Source: a virus
DNA: 64,000 bases
Reading direction: 5' to 3' (one strand)
Virus record (IMG/VR): IMGVR_UViG_3300009000_000003
The notes beneath the pieces were generated by a model. It had not been told where the DNA came from. It searched no databases and saw only the letters and a program-made list of their open reading frames with translations. The position numbers were made by a program, and so were the translations under genes. How positions within the stretch are numbered: position 1 is the first letter of the stretch; every line of letters begins with the position of its first letter. Shown here piece by piece: positions 55,648 through 64,000 of the stretch.

Positions 55648-55944
55648 TTAATGAGTATAATCAGAATAAGAATCAAAAGAAGATAAAGTAACTTTTGGAT
55701 CTGTTAAAAATTTTTCTCTAGCTTCAGGAGTAAGCTCTGGAAAAATTCTTTGAATATAAATGTCTTGATTACAATAAGTATGCAAGCGACTGCAAAGTAA
55801 ATCGTAATCCATATTAATTTCAAAAGACCAAGAGCCAAGAAAATTAGAAATAACTTTTACTTCGCAAAGATTATTAGAAATTGTTTTAACAGTATAAGTT
55901 TTATTTACAAATTTATTTGGTGCTTTAAATACAAAAGTAGACAT
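55648..55944 (-). CDS. Hypothetical protein
   Basis: IQRIFPELTPEAREKFLT motif. Confidence 0.5.
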   Translation of the reverse strand: MSTFVFKAPNKFVNKTYTVKTISNNLCEVKVISNFLGSWSFEINMDYDLLCSRLHTYCNQDIYIQRIFPELTPEAREKFLTDPKVTLSSFDSYSDYTH

Positions 55945-55945
55945 A

Positions 55946-56185
55946 TTAATCTTTCTTGATAAGGTTTACATAAAAGCGAGTATAATATTTTTCTTCACAA
56001 GTCAAATGATCTAAAGAATTGGTTTTTTGTAAAACTTTATATTCATATTCAGACAAAGGTTTTAATGTTTTTGTTTTGCTAAAACATTCATAATATAAAT
56101 ATTTATTATGTTTATAATCATAAAAATTAAAAACTAATAAAAAAATTACAAATATTGAAAAACAAAATAAAAATATTTTTTCCAT
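55946..56185 (-). CDS. Membrane-anchored hypothetical protein
   Basis: N-terminal TM. Confidence 0.45.
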   Translation of the reverse strand: MEKIFLFCFSIFVIFLLVFNFYDYKHNKYLYYECFSKTKTLKPLSEYEYKVLQKTNSLDHLTCEEKYYTRFYVNLIKKD

Positions 56186-56187
56186 AA

Positions 56188-56562
56188 TTAATTTAAATAA
56201 GTGCAGTTTAAGTTGGACATAGAATCATACCAATAAACTCTCTTAACACCTTTCCTAGTTAAAAGTTTAGTACACCCTTTACAAGGAGCGCCAGAACTTA
56301 ATGTTCCATCAGGCCGTATTCTAATTGCAAGTACATTAGCGCCATGGATTTGATCTTGGCGTAAACCTGCTAAAGCATCTTTTTCACTGTGTATAGAACA
56401 TTTTCTTCCGTCTTTATTAGAAGTAGTTTTAGCATAATTGTAACCAGCACCAAGAACAGTTTTATTTTTCCATATAACTGCTCCATGCCTATGCAACATT
56501 TGAGATTTTGATGCTTGCTGGATTGCTAAGGGAAGAAATTTTTCTATTATTTTATTAGCCAA
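56188..56562 (-). CDS. Cytidine/dCMP deaminase-fold protein
   Basis: HGAVI, HSE, PCKGC. Confidence 0.8.
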   Translation of the reverse strand: MANKIIEKFLPLAIQQASKSQMLHRHGAVIWKNKTVLGAGYNYAKTTSNKDGRKCSIHSEKDALAGLRQDQIHGANVLAIRIRPDGTLSSGAPCKGCTKLLTRKGVKRVYWYDSMSNLNCTYLN

Positions 56563-56797
56563 AATTAATCTTAGTATTGTTAAATATTACACAAGCGTAA
56601 TAAGTAAAATCAGAACAGTATATTTCAGTTTCATTATAATTATTTTTTTTAATTTGATAATCATCAAACATATAATCAGTAATAAATTGCTTAATATTTA
56701 AAATTGCTTCTGCCTCTGAATTAAAAATTAAAAATTTAGAAAAACCATGATTATGTGAACCTTGCACATCATCTACAATAAAATCTACAGAATACAT
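56555..56797 (-). CDS. Hypothetical protein
   Basis: ORF in operon. Confidence 0.4.
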   Translation of the reverse strand: MYSVDFIVDDVQGSHNHGFSKFLIFNSEAEAILNIKQFITDYMFDDYQIKKNNYNETEIYCSDFTYYACVIFNNTKINFG

Positions 56798-56802
56798 AAT
56801 AC

Positions 56803-57285
56803 CTACTTAGTAAATTTATCTGCAACAGAACTAGCTGCCCAAGAGTTAGGTTTAACTTCAACATCAGGATAATCATAAGCTTTTACAAGATTAATTAAAC
56901 CATTAGAATATTTACTTGTTTTAGTTCTAGCTTCATCAGAAGAAACATCTAAATGAATTGCAATATTTAATTTGTTATTAAAATTTAAAGAATGATCTCT
57001 TAAATTATTTGCAACATTAATTGAAACTTGAGTTTCATAAGAAACTCTTTTGTATAAATCAAAAAATTTAGAAACTTTTTCTTTTCCATAATAAAAAGTG
57101 CGGCTAAACCCAGGCATATCAGAAATAATACAAACAGCTACTACTACAACAGTACCACCTGTGATAGGTTGAGAATCAGTACCTATCGTAATTTTATGTT
57201 CATAGCCTTGGTTCACCATGTAAGCGATGCTGTTTGTAATTTCTTGCCAATTAATATGCTCTTTATTAGGTTTAAACCATTTCAT
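56803..57285 (-). CDS. RNase H-like YkuK (DUF458) family protein
   Basis: IGTDSQ, R..YET..S, IHLDV, KPNSWAASSVAD. Confidence 0.85.
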   Translation of the reverse strand: MKWFKPNKEHINWQEITNSIAYMVNQGYEHKITIGTDSQPITGGTVVVVAVCIISDMPGFSRTFYYGKEKVSKFFDLYKRVSYETQVSINVANNLRDHSLNFNNKLNIAIHLDVSSDEARTKTSKYSNGLINLVKAYDYPDVEVKPNSWAASSVADKFTK

Positions 57286-57306
57286 TATAAAAACTTTCTT
57301 AAAAAA

Positions 57307-57483
57307 TTATTTATAAGTCTTTTCTATTCCAGGATATTTTTCAGGATTGAGTGCTTGTTTCTCTAGTATTTGGATAATTAAACTTGGAGAATTAATATCA
57401 AAATTATTAGGTTTAATTTTAGTGTTAAATTCTCGTTCTATTTCTTGAATTTTTTGTTTGTAAGTTAATTTATTTTCAGTCAT
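57307..57483 (-). CDS. Small hypothetical protein (58 aa, not in ORF track)
   Basis: MTENKLTYKQ...EKTYK*; fills the gap in the operon. Confidence 0.4.
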   Translation of the reverse strand: MTENKLTYKQKIQEIEREFNTKIKPNNFDINSPSLIIQILEKQALNPEKYPGIEKTYK

Positions 57484-57679
57484 AAAATTTAAGCTCTAAT
57501 TGATCTGGATGAACTTTTTGTTCAGTTGGAATTATTTGTAATGGTTTCCAACTAGATTTAAAAGAAATATTTTCTTGTAACTCAATTTGAACTGAAAAAC
57601 TATTATCAGTAATTCTAGTTACATTGTAATAGTAATTTTTAGATTCGTTTAAATCTAAATTTAATAAAACTCGTGTCAT
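57476..57679 (-). CDS. Hypothetical protein
   Basis: ORF in operon. Confidence 0.4.
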   Translation of the reverse strand: MTRVLLNLDLNESKNYYYNVTRITDNSFSVQIELQENISFKSSWKPLQIIPTEQKVHPDQLELKFYD

Positions 57680-57681
57680 AA

Positions 57682-58038
57682 TTAAAGACTTTCATTTAAG
57701 CAATTTAAAATTGATTGAATTTGCGAAATAGTAAGATATGGAGCAAGATAAGGATTTTGGGAATCTTCAAACAAGTTTAAAAGGTCTGCATGTACATACC
57801 CCATGCAATCGAACCAACCCTCTTTTTTAGGGTTCATAAAAGCAATTTCATAACGATCATAATCATTGAAATTATTTAAATAATGCCTAGGAGAAGAATA
57901 TAAATAATCTCCTGCAATAATTGAAATTTTAACTTTATCTTTTAAAATAAATGTTAAAGACCATTTTCCTGTAATAGGATTATCTTTTAAAGATAAGTTT
58001 TCAGGAGAAAAACTCTCTACTAAATTCATAATATTCAT
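57682..58038 (-). CDS. Hypothetical phage protein
   Basis: SIIAG..LYSSPR...YEIA motif. Confidence 0.5.
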   Translation of the reverse strand: MNIMNLVESFSPENLSLKDNPITGKWSLTFILKDKVKISIIAGDYLYSSPRHYLNNFNDYDRYEIAFMNPKKEGWFDCMGYVHADLLNLFEDSQNPYLAPYLTISQIQSILNCLNESL

Positions 58039-58485
58039 TTAAGATACCTCAGTTTCAATAACAATAATGCCGTTTTGTTTTAAAACATTCACACCTGTAT
58101 AATCTGGGTATGAATTTTCTAAAACAAAAACACGTTTTACACCAGCTTGAACAAGCAATTTTGCACAAACTAAACAAGGATAAGTACTAAGAAAAACAAT
58201 ACTATTAACTAAAGAAGTATTAGTTCTGGCAGCATTTACAATTAAATTTTGTTCTGCATGTACACAACCTATTTCCATTTTAGTTCCAGATTGTATTTCT
58301 AATCTACTGCAAGGGCTACCACATACACTTGATTCAGAGCCACGAATCCAACCATTATATGCTTCTGAAAGCACAATATTGTTTTCATCTACAGCAACTG
58401 CACCAACACCTCGTTTAACACAAGAAGAAAGCTTCATAAGTTCTTTTACTTGACGCAAACGATGTTGGATATGTTTCAAATTCAT
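58039..58485 (-). CDS. dCMP deaminase
   Basis: SSCVKRGVGA, YNG, HAEQN, PCLVCAK. Confidence 0.9.
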   Translation of the reverse strand: MNLKHIQHRLRQVKELMKLSSCVKRGVGAVAVDENNIVLSEAYNGWIRGSESSVCGSPCSRLEIQSGTKMEIGCVHAEQNLIVNAARTNTSLVNSIVFLSTYPCLVCAKLLVQAGVKRVFVLENSYPDYTGVNVLKQNGIIVIETEVS

Positions 58486-58487
58486 AA

Positions 58488-58655
58488 TTACTCTTTAGGC
58501 CATTTATTAAGCGGACAATCAAATATTTTTGCTGCAGCTTTAATTAATAAAAAACATCCACATTCTTTGCATTTTTTATAGTTAGGTTGATAACTGGGAC
58601 ATTCAAAACAAATATTTAAACGTTTTTTATAATTTTCTTTATCAATTATTTTCAT
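58488..58655 (-). CDS. Small Cys-rich protein (55 aa, not in ORF track)
   Basis: RLNICFECP...CKECGCF..KA.....CPLNKW. Confidence 0.6.
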   Translation of the reverse strand: MKIIDKENYKKRLNICFECPSYQPNYKKCKECGCFLLIKAAAKIFDCPLNKWPKE

Positions 58656-59518
58656 TATCTATTAATTAAACTAGTATCATTTAAAAAAGAAGAAGTTTTA
58701 TTTAAATAAAGTGTATTTCTTTTTTTAAATTCAAATGGAGCTAAAACAGTTATAGTACTATCTTCTTGATAAGAAGTACTGGTTTCATAAAAAATTAAAT
58801 CAGTAAAATTTATACTAATATAATCATCATGTTTAGGAAGCTCTCTAATTAAATGACGAGTAATAGATTTAGGATAACCTGAAAGCTTAATTATATTAAT
58901 TGCCATGCGATTATCTGCTTTACTTTTTTTAGTAAATAAATGTTTAAATTTAAAACATAAAGATGTTTTTATATGGTTTTCATATGTAGGTTGTTTTGCT
59001 AAACCTAAAAACTTTTCAAAAATCAAAGCATCTGTTTCTGATAATTTAAAAGAATAAGAAGTATTATCTTTTTTAATTAAATTATTAAAACGAATATATT
59101 TAATTTTATAATTTTCAAACCAAGAATTATAACTGTAATTTATAGTTTTAGTTTTCAAATTATAATTTGAAAAATTATTAAAATCTACATTAAAACAAAA
59201 ACGTTTATTGTAAATGCCAGTTTTTAATAACTGCATTTTAGATTTATAATCTTTATATTCTTGAGTTTTTTTAAAAAGTTTTTTTTGCAAAGCAGTAGGA
59301 TATTTTTGTTGAAGATCAAAAAAGTAAACTACGTCTTTTTTATATAAAGCATTTATATAATTAAAAATACATTCAACTTTTTTAGTAAAATCATACTCTT
59401 TGAAACATTTAGATCCATAAATGCTATTATTGTTATAAAAATAAACATCAGGATCTGTTTCAAAAGCAAAAATAGAAGAAGAATAAAATAAAATAAAACT
59501 AACTAGAAACACTTTCAT
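58655..59518 (-). CDS. Secreted hypothetical protein
   Basis: Signal peptide MKVFLVSFILFYSSSIFA. Confidence 0.5.
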   Translation of the reverse strand: MKVFLVSFILFYSSSIFAFETDPDVYFYNNNSIYGSKCFKEYDFTKKVECIFNYINALYKKDVVYFFDLQQKYPTALQKKLFKKTQEYKDYKSKMQLLKTGIYNKRFCFNVDFNNFSNYNLKTKTINYSYNSWFENYKIKYIRFNNLIKKDNTSYSFKLSETDALIFEKFLGLAKQPTYENHIKTSLCFKFKHLFTKKSKADNRMAINIIKLSGYPKSITRHLIRELPKHDDYISINFTDLIFYETSTSYQEDSTITVLAPFEFKKRNTLYLNKTSSFLNDTSLINR

Positions 59519-59786
59519 AAAGTTCCTTTAATTTAATAACTGATTCATTAGTAAGAAACTCTTTACTAGGAGTATTAAGTTTAAATATTTTTTGAGATGT
59601 TTTAACAGTGCGCCTTAAAGAATTAGGTTTATCTAATTTGCAAATTGCAACTTTAAGTCTTGTAAAGTTTGGATCAGAAAGTAAAACTATTCCTACTTCT
59701 AGTGTTAATCCGCCATACCTAGCATTACCGCCAGGAACTAAGAAAAAGTCACCAGAGTTTACTTCTTGACCTATCATATCTAACAT
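59499..59786 (-). CDS. Hypothetical protein
   Basis: GGAG RBS; DMIGQEVNSGD. Confidence 0.5.
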   Translation of the reverse strand: MLDMIGQEVNSGDFFLVPGGNARYGGLTLEVGIVLLSDPNFTRLKVAICKLDKPNSLRRTVKTSQKIFKLNTPSKEFLTNESVIKLKELYESVSS

Positions 59787-59795
59787 TTCATACTC

Positions 59796-60953
59796 CTAAA
59801 GTTTGTATTTAGATTGAACTTTTTCATAAGCATCAAATCTAGTAGAAGATAAAGAAGCTTTGAGTAAGTCTTCATGAGAGTCACAAACACTGTTATCAAG
59901 ATTGTTTTGAATAACATCTTGATTCAAATGCATTGTATTTAAAAGATTAGTAATCTTTGTAGTAAGATTGCATATGAGGTGGAAGGATTGAGGCCAAATA
60001 ATTCTTTCATTTGAAGAATGAGAGATATCTCTTTCCCACCAAAGGGTATTATTATCTAAAGCTACTTGTAAATTACTTTTAATATATCTAGAAAGACCAC
60101 AAATATTTTCAGCTATTACAGGATTATTTTTATGAGGCATGGCAGAGCTGCCAGTTTGACCTGGTGAAAAATGCTCTTGTATCTCATTAATTTCATTAAT
60201 TGCTGATAATCTAATAAAAATAGAAAAGCGCTCATAAAATGTTGCAAGCACAGTTAATGCATACATAGTATGGGTATAATAAAATCTAGGTATAATTTGA
60301 GTTGTAAAATCAGCTTGACAAAGTTTTAATTCGCCTAATGTTTTTTTTGCAGCATCTTTATCAACAAAAGAAGATGTACCAACAGGACCTGTTAGTTTCC
60401 CATAAATAAAACTTTTGGCTTGATGAAGTAATTGTAAAGCATAAATAATTTCTTCTTTGAATAATTCAAATCTATTTGCAAAAGGAAGTTGCTCAGCGTG
60501 TTTACCATGAGTTCTTCCTATAGCTTGAATATTATTTTCTTTACAAAATTTAATTTTTGTTTCAATAGCAGCCTTTAATTCTGTTATTAATTCAATTAAA
60601 TAATTTAAAGACTCTTTAATTTGTAAAGAAAAAGCAGTATCAATAATATCGCTACTTGTTAAACCATAATGTAAATATTGATTAACTTCAGGGTATTTTT
60701 CATGGTAAATATCAAGTCGATAAGAAAGTTCTTTTAGAAAAGCAACCATTTCATGTTTTGTTCGTTTTTCATATTCAGAGAACATATAATAGTCAAATTG
60801 TTGCAAAGGATATAGTTTTTCATTATTCGGGATAATATTTTTATTTTTTAAAATATTATTTAAATAAATTAACTCTATTTTTTGCCACAAAAAGAAACGA
60901 TGATCTTTACGCCAAATACGTTTTATTTTAAGATCTTGATATCTTTCAATCAT
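59796..60953 (-). CDS. purB: Adenylosuccinate lyase
   Basis: HYGLTSSD, GRTHG, GSSAMPHKNNP, ERDISHS. Confidence 0.95.
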   Translation of the reverse strand: MIERYQDLKIKRIWRKDHRFFLWQKIELIYLNNILKNKNIIPNNEKLYPLQQFDYYMFSEYEKRTKHEMVAFLKELSYRLDIYHEKYPEVNQYLHYGLTSSDIIDTAFSLQIKESLNYLIELITELKAAIETKIKFCKENNIQAIGRTHGKHAEQLPFANRFELFKEEIIYALQLLHQAKSFIYGKLTGPVGTSSFVDKDAAKKTLGELKLCQADFTTQIIPRFYYTHTMYALTVLATFYERFSIFIRLSAINEINEIQEHFSPGQTGSSAMPHKNNPVIAENICGLSRYIKSNLQVALDNNTLWWERDISHSSNERIIWPQSFHLICNLTTKITNLLNTMHLNQDVIQNNLDNSVCDSHEDLLKASLSSTRFDAYEKVQSKYKL

Positions 60954-62031
60954 TTAAAACATTCCAATCAATATCATTTTTAGGGGAAGCTGAGAAAATA
61001 ATTTTAGGTGAAGATCTTAAATATCTAGTAGATTCAAAACTATGATTAAAAGCTTCTACAATAGCATTTTGCATAGCGTTTAAGTTTTTAAAAGTAGTCA
61101 ATTCATTATTAAATACCATTGAAAATTGATTAACTTGTTCGAAAATATCCCACTTGTTAATAACAACAATGTTGCAACCAGAAGCATGAGTAGAATGAAT
61201 TAGTTCATCAAGATTTAAAAATCTTACTTTGCGTTGCCTACCAGTAGTAACTCCAAATTCTTTTCCTAAAGAAACAAGCCTATTTAAAACACTTTGGTAT
61301 TTAACTAAAGAATAACTGTTTACATCAGTATAAAAATTGGGATCTTCACCACTTCGGGTTTCATAACATTTAGCAACCCCAATAATGTTTCTAAATTTTC
61401 TAGGATCAAAACCTAAAGTGCCTGCAGCTGCAGCAGGTAAACAATGAGAGCTAGTAGTATAAGGATATCGTCCATTAAAAGGATCTAAATAAAAACCTTG
61501 AGCACCTTCTAATAAGGTATTATTCGCTTTAATATTATCTACAATATTAAAAACATTAATCAAATTAGAATCTTTAATTAATTTAGCTGTTCTATTGTAA
61601 AAATTAGCATATGCAGGAGCAATTCCTTGATTAGTACTACCTTGCTTTGAATGATGGTAAGAAGAATCTTTTTCAATGTCTTCATTTTGAATTAAACAAA
61701 CATTAGAAGAAATACTTAAATTTTTGGTTACATTTATATTTGGATCAATTGACTTAACAATTTGAATTTCTTCAAAAAGTTTTTGTGCATTAATCACGCA
61801 ACCTGAACCAATATGAGCAGGTTTATTATACACAAGACTAGATGGTAATTGATGTAATTTAAAAACTTTACCATCGTCTCTTACAATAGTATGGCCAGCA
61901 TTAGGGCCACCATTATATCTAATACAAATATCATGTTGATTTGAATTGATTAAACCAGCAGTAATTTTACCTTTACCTTCATCGCCATATTGCAAACCAA
62001 CAATAGCATCTACATTCTGTGTAAAAATCAT
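60946..62031 (-). CDS. purA: Adenylosuccinate synthetase
   Basis: GLQYGDEGKGK, GGPNAGHT, EGAQG, YPYTTSS, GVTTGRQR. Confidence 0.95.
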   Translation of the reverse strand: MIFTQNVDAIVGLQYGDEGKGKITAGLINSNQHDICIRYNGGPNAGHTIVRDDGKVFKLHQLPSSLVYNKPAHIGSGCVINAQKLFEEIQIVKSIDPNINVTKNLSISSNVCLIQNEDIEKDSSYHHSKQGSTNQGIAPAYANFYNRTAKLIKDSNLINVFNIVDNIKANNTLLEGAQGFYLDPFNGRYPYTTSSHCLPAAAAGTLGFDPRKFRNIIGVAKCYETRSGEDPNFYTDVNSYSLVKYQSVLNRLVSLGKEFGVTTGRQRKVRFLNLDELIHSTHASGCNIVVINKWDIFEQVNQFSMVFNNELTTFKNLNAMQNAIVEAFNHSFESTRYLRSSPKIIFSASPKNDIDWNVLND

Positions 62032-62288
62032 TTATTTCCTTTAAAATAAGTTAAAATATAATAATTAGAAGATTTTAAATTTTCTAATTCAGATTCAGCA
62101 AGAGGCGGGCAAAGATAAATTTGCTCAGTTTCGTTATCTATACAAATTACAAAAGCAGAATAATTTTTAATTAAACTTTGTATAGTTATTAAAGCTGTTT
62201 TAAATCTTTTTTCTTTTTGTAAAAGAAGAGTGCTTTTTAAATATTGAAGCTTAGGCTTTTCTTTTAAAAAAGAAACAAAATCAATCAT
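62028..62288 (-). CDS. Hypothetical protein
   Basis: ORF in operon. Confidence 0.4.
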   Translation of the reverse strand: MIDFVSFLKEKPKLQYLKSTLLLQKEKRFKTALITIQSLIKNYSAFVICIDNETEQIYLCPPLAESELENLKSSNYYILTYFKGNK

Positions 62289-62545
62289 TTTACATCGCCA
62301 ATTAAAGTTCCAACAATATTAGTAAAAGCGATGCAAGTAATTGCATAAACAAAATTTTGTAAAGAAAAACCATGAAAAAATATAGAAGAAAACAATCCTA
62401 TCCAAAAACTTGTGCAAATCATACAATCTAGCATTTCATTTAAAATATCAGATTGATGAGAAAGCCACAATGCAGAACTTTCAAAAGCTTTGCTATGTAC
62501 AATAAACCAAGTCAAACCATATACAAATAAATAATAAGTAATCAT
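62285..62545 (-). CDS. Small membrane protein with CxxC (DUF1360-like)
   Basis: LDCMICTSFWIG plus hydrophobic helices. Confidence 0.55.
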   Translation of the reverse strand: MITYYLFVYGLTWFIVHSKAFESSALWLSHQSDILNEMLDCMICTSFWIGLFSSIFFHGFSLQNFVYAITCIAFTNIVGTLIGDVK

Positions 62546-62856
62546 ATTTTTATCCTAGTACTTGAGCTGTTAGAAATAACAGCTAAACTGTTGTTTAAAG
62601 TTTCGATGCAGGTTTCATGAAAATCTTGTGCGTTATCTAAAAATTGAGCATGATGCTCAAAAAAATAATTATTGTACTGATCATTCAATACAAAAATAAT
62701 TAAAGACCATTTTCTATCATGAAACTGAGAGTTAATTACAGCAGAATATTCTTGAAGAAAAATATTTAATTTTTGATTGTATTCATTAATTAATTCTTCA
62801 TGTTTATGAGCTCTTGTTATATTTTCTTCAAAAAAAATTTTTGGAGACATAAACAT
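62542..62856 (-). CDS. Hypothetical protein
   Basis: Likely start near 62850-62856; the upstream part of the track ORF overlaps another gene. Confidence 0.4.
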   Translation of the reverse strand: MFMSPKIFFEENITRAHKHEELINEYNQKLNIFLQEYSAVINSQFHDRKWSLIIFVLNDQYNNYFFEHHAQFLDNAQDFHETCIETLNNSLAVISNSSSTRIKI

Positions 62857-62902
62857 ATTTAGTTGAATTAAATAAAGTTTAAGCAACTCATCAAATTCTT
62901 CT

Positions 62903-63175
62903 TCAACTTTTTTCTTTAAGGTAGAGTATAGAATATCCTGCGATGTCTTTAAACGGGTCTTCAAGGTCTTCAGCATTATTAGTTGCAATCCTTTGGAGCT
63001 TGTCAAGCACTCTGGTAACATAGAGTAAAGAGGAATAATCTTCCGGCATAACGCCATTGGGGTAAAGTATTTTTAAAATTTCAGGAGCGGAATTATAAGC
63101 TGAACCATATTGTTCATTTTTAGTTTTTAATAAGGTTGCTAAGCTTGTAGCAATTTCAAGAAACTCATTTTGCAT
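62903..63175 (-). CDS. DUF1599 / nucleotide-modification-associated domain protein
   Basis: KNEQYGSA...DKLQRI...D.FKDIAGYSIL. Confidence 0.65.
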   Translation of the reverse strand: MQNEFLEIATSLATLLKTKNEQYGSAYNSAPEILKILYPNGVMPEDYSSLLYVTRVLDKLQRIATNNAEDLEDPFKDIAGYSILYLKEKS

Positions 63176-63998
63176 TTAAATATTCTCTTTCAAAAGCATA
63201 ATTCATATTAAAGTGTATTCTTTTTAATTCAGAAACTGGAGCTTCAAGTAATAATTCATTACAAAGCTTAAACATAAGTTTATAATCATTATTTCGGTAA
63301 GCAACCATAGAGCATTTATCTTTTAATAACCATTCATAAATAGAAGAAGTTACAAATAAACAATTGGTGTCAACTTGTTGATTAAAATTAATTAATTCAA
63401 TGAATTTATAAGCTTCTGAATATTTGTTTTTATTGTATAAATACTCAATTAAATAATAGTAAATTTCATTTGTTCTGTTTTCATTTATAATTAAAGCTTT
63501 AGGTAAAATATTTAATGCAGAAGAAAGATCGTTGTTATTTAAATAAATAACAATTAATTTTAAACAAGATACAAAACGTTCTTCTGACCAACCATTCATT
63601 TTTATTCTATTTGAATACTCTTGTTCTGCAAGTTCATATTCTTGAGCAGAGAAATAAGATTGAGCTAAATAAAATTGAGATCTAGTGTCATTCGGATTTC
63701 TAATTAATTCATCTTTTAAAAGTTTTGCATCATGCAAATATTTTTCTTTTAAAGATCTTCCTTTAGATTTACCGCCTTGGTTAACATGCGAAAGTATATA
63801 AGTTTCTTTTTTATTTAAATTATAAACAGAATATTGTTTTTGTGCTGTTAAATAATTATGAACAGGTGCATTCCAGCGCCAACCTAAATTATTATAATCT
63901 TTAATATTAATTAAAAAAGGTACAGAATATTCTAAATCAGCATATTTCTTAATAATATAGTAAGAATCATAAGTTAAATTATTAAAATTAAAATCATT
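63165..63998 (-). CDS. Glycosyltransferase family 2 + TPR protein (5'-truncated by window edge)
   Basis: Frame open to the window end: WRWNAPVHNY...KYLHDAKLL...RSQFYLAQSY TPR helices. Confidence 0.7.
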   Translation of the reverse strand, partial: NDFNFNNLTYDSYYIIKKYADLEYSVPFLINIKDYNNLGWRWNAPVHNYLTAQKQYSVYNLNKKETYILSHVNQGGKSKGRSLKEKYLHDAKLLKDELIRNPNDTRSQFYLAQSYFSAQEYELAEQEYSNRIKMNGWSEERFVSCLKLIVIYLNNNDLSSALNILPKALIINENRTNEIYYYLIEYLYNKNKYSEAYKFIELINFNQQVDTNCLFVTSSIYEWLLKDKCSMVAYRNNDYKLMFKLCNELLLEAPVSELKRIHFNMNYAFEREYLNAK

Positions 63999-64000
63999 AA

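Noticed and set aside
60946-62031. PurZ / 2-aminoadenine (Z-genome) pathway
   Set aside because: The protein keeps the canonical PurA GDEGKG Asp (PurZ has Ser there) and is paired with PurB; no DatZ-like HD hydrolase is seen in the window.

Overview
AT-rich, gene-dense segment of a large (jumbo-type) bacteriophage genome, standard genetic code, almost entirely on the minus strand. It carries replication and recombination genes: a DnaG-DnaB primase-helicase fusion, a DnaE polymerase split over three genes, RecA interrupted by a group IA intron with a Vsr-like homing endonuclease, SSB, a Whirly-like protein, SpoVG and resolvases. It also carries nucleotide-metabolism genes (NrdAB, ThyX, two deaminases, PurA, PurB, GuaB/GuaC-like, MazG-like), virion fibre and collagen genes, and two peptidoglycan hydrolases. 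Main highlights: (1) an apparently complete ubiquitin-like conjugation cassette (E2-like, JAB, E1, three nearly Lys-free Ubl units made as precursors) downstream of a protease-less Lon ATPase, with a ClpP-like peptidase elsewhere in the window; (2) a cyanobacterial-type split DnaE intein whose halves are separated by an 8.4 kb virion-fibre module; (3) a plant-Whirly-like ssDNA-binding protein; (4) an ncRNA cluster of an anticodon-less mini-tRNA, a three-way-junction RNA and an atypical tRNA. All family assignments come from motif recognition by eye; no database searches were run.
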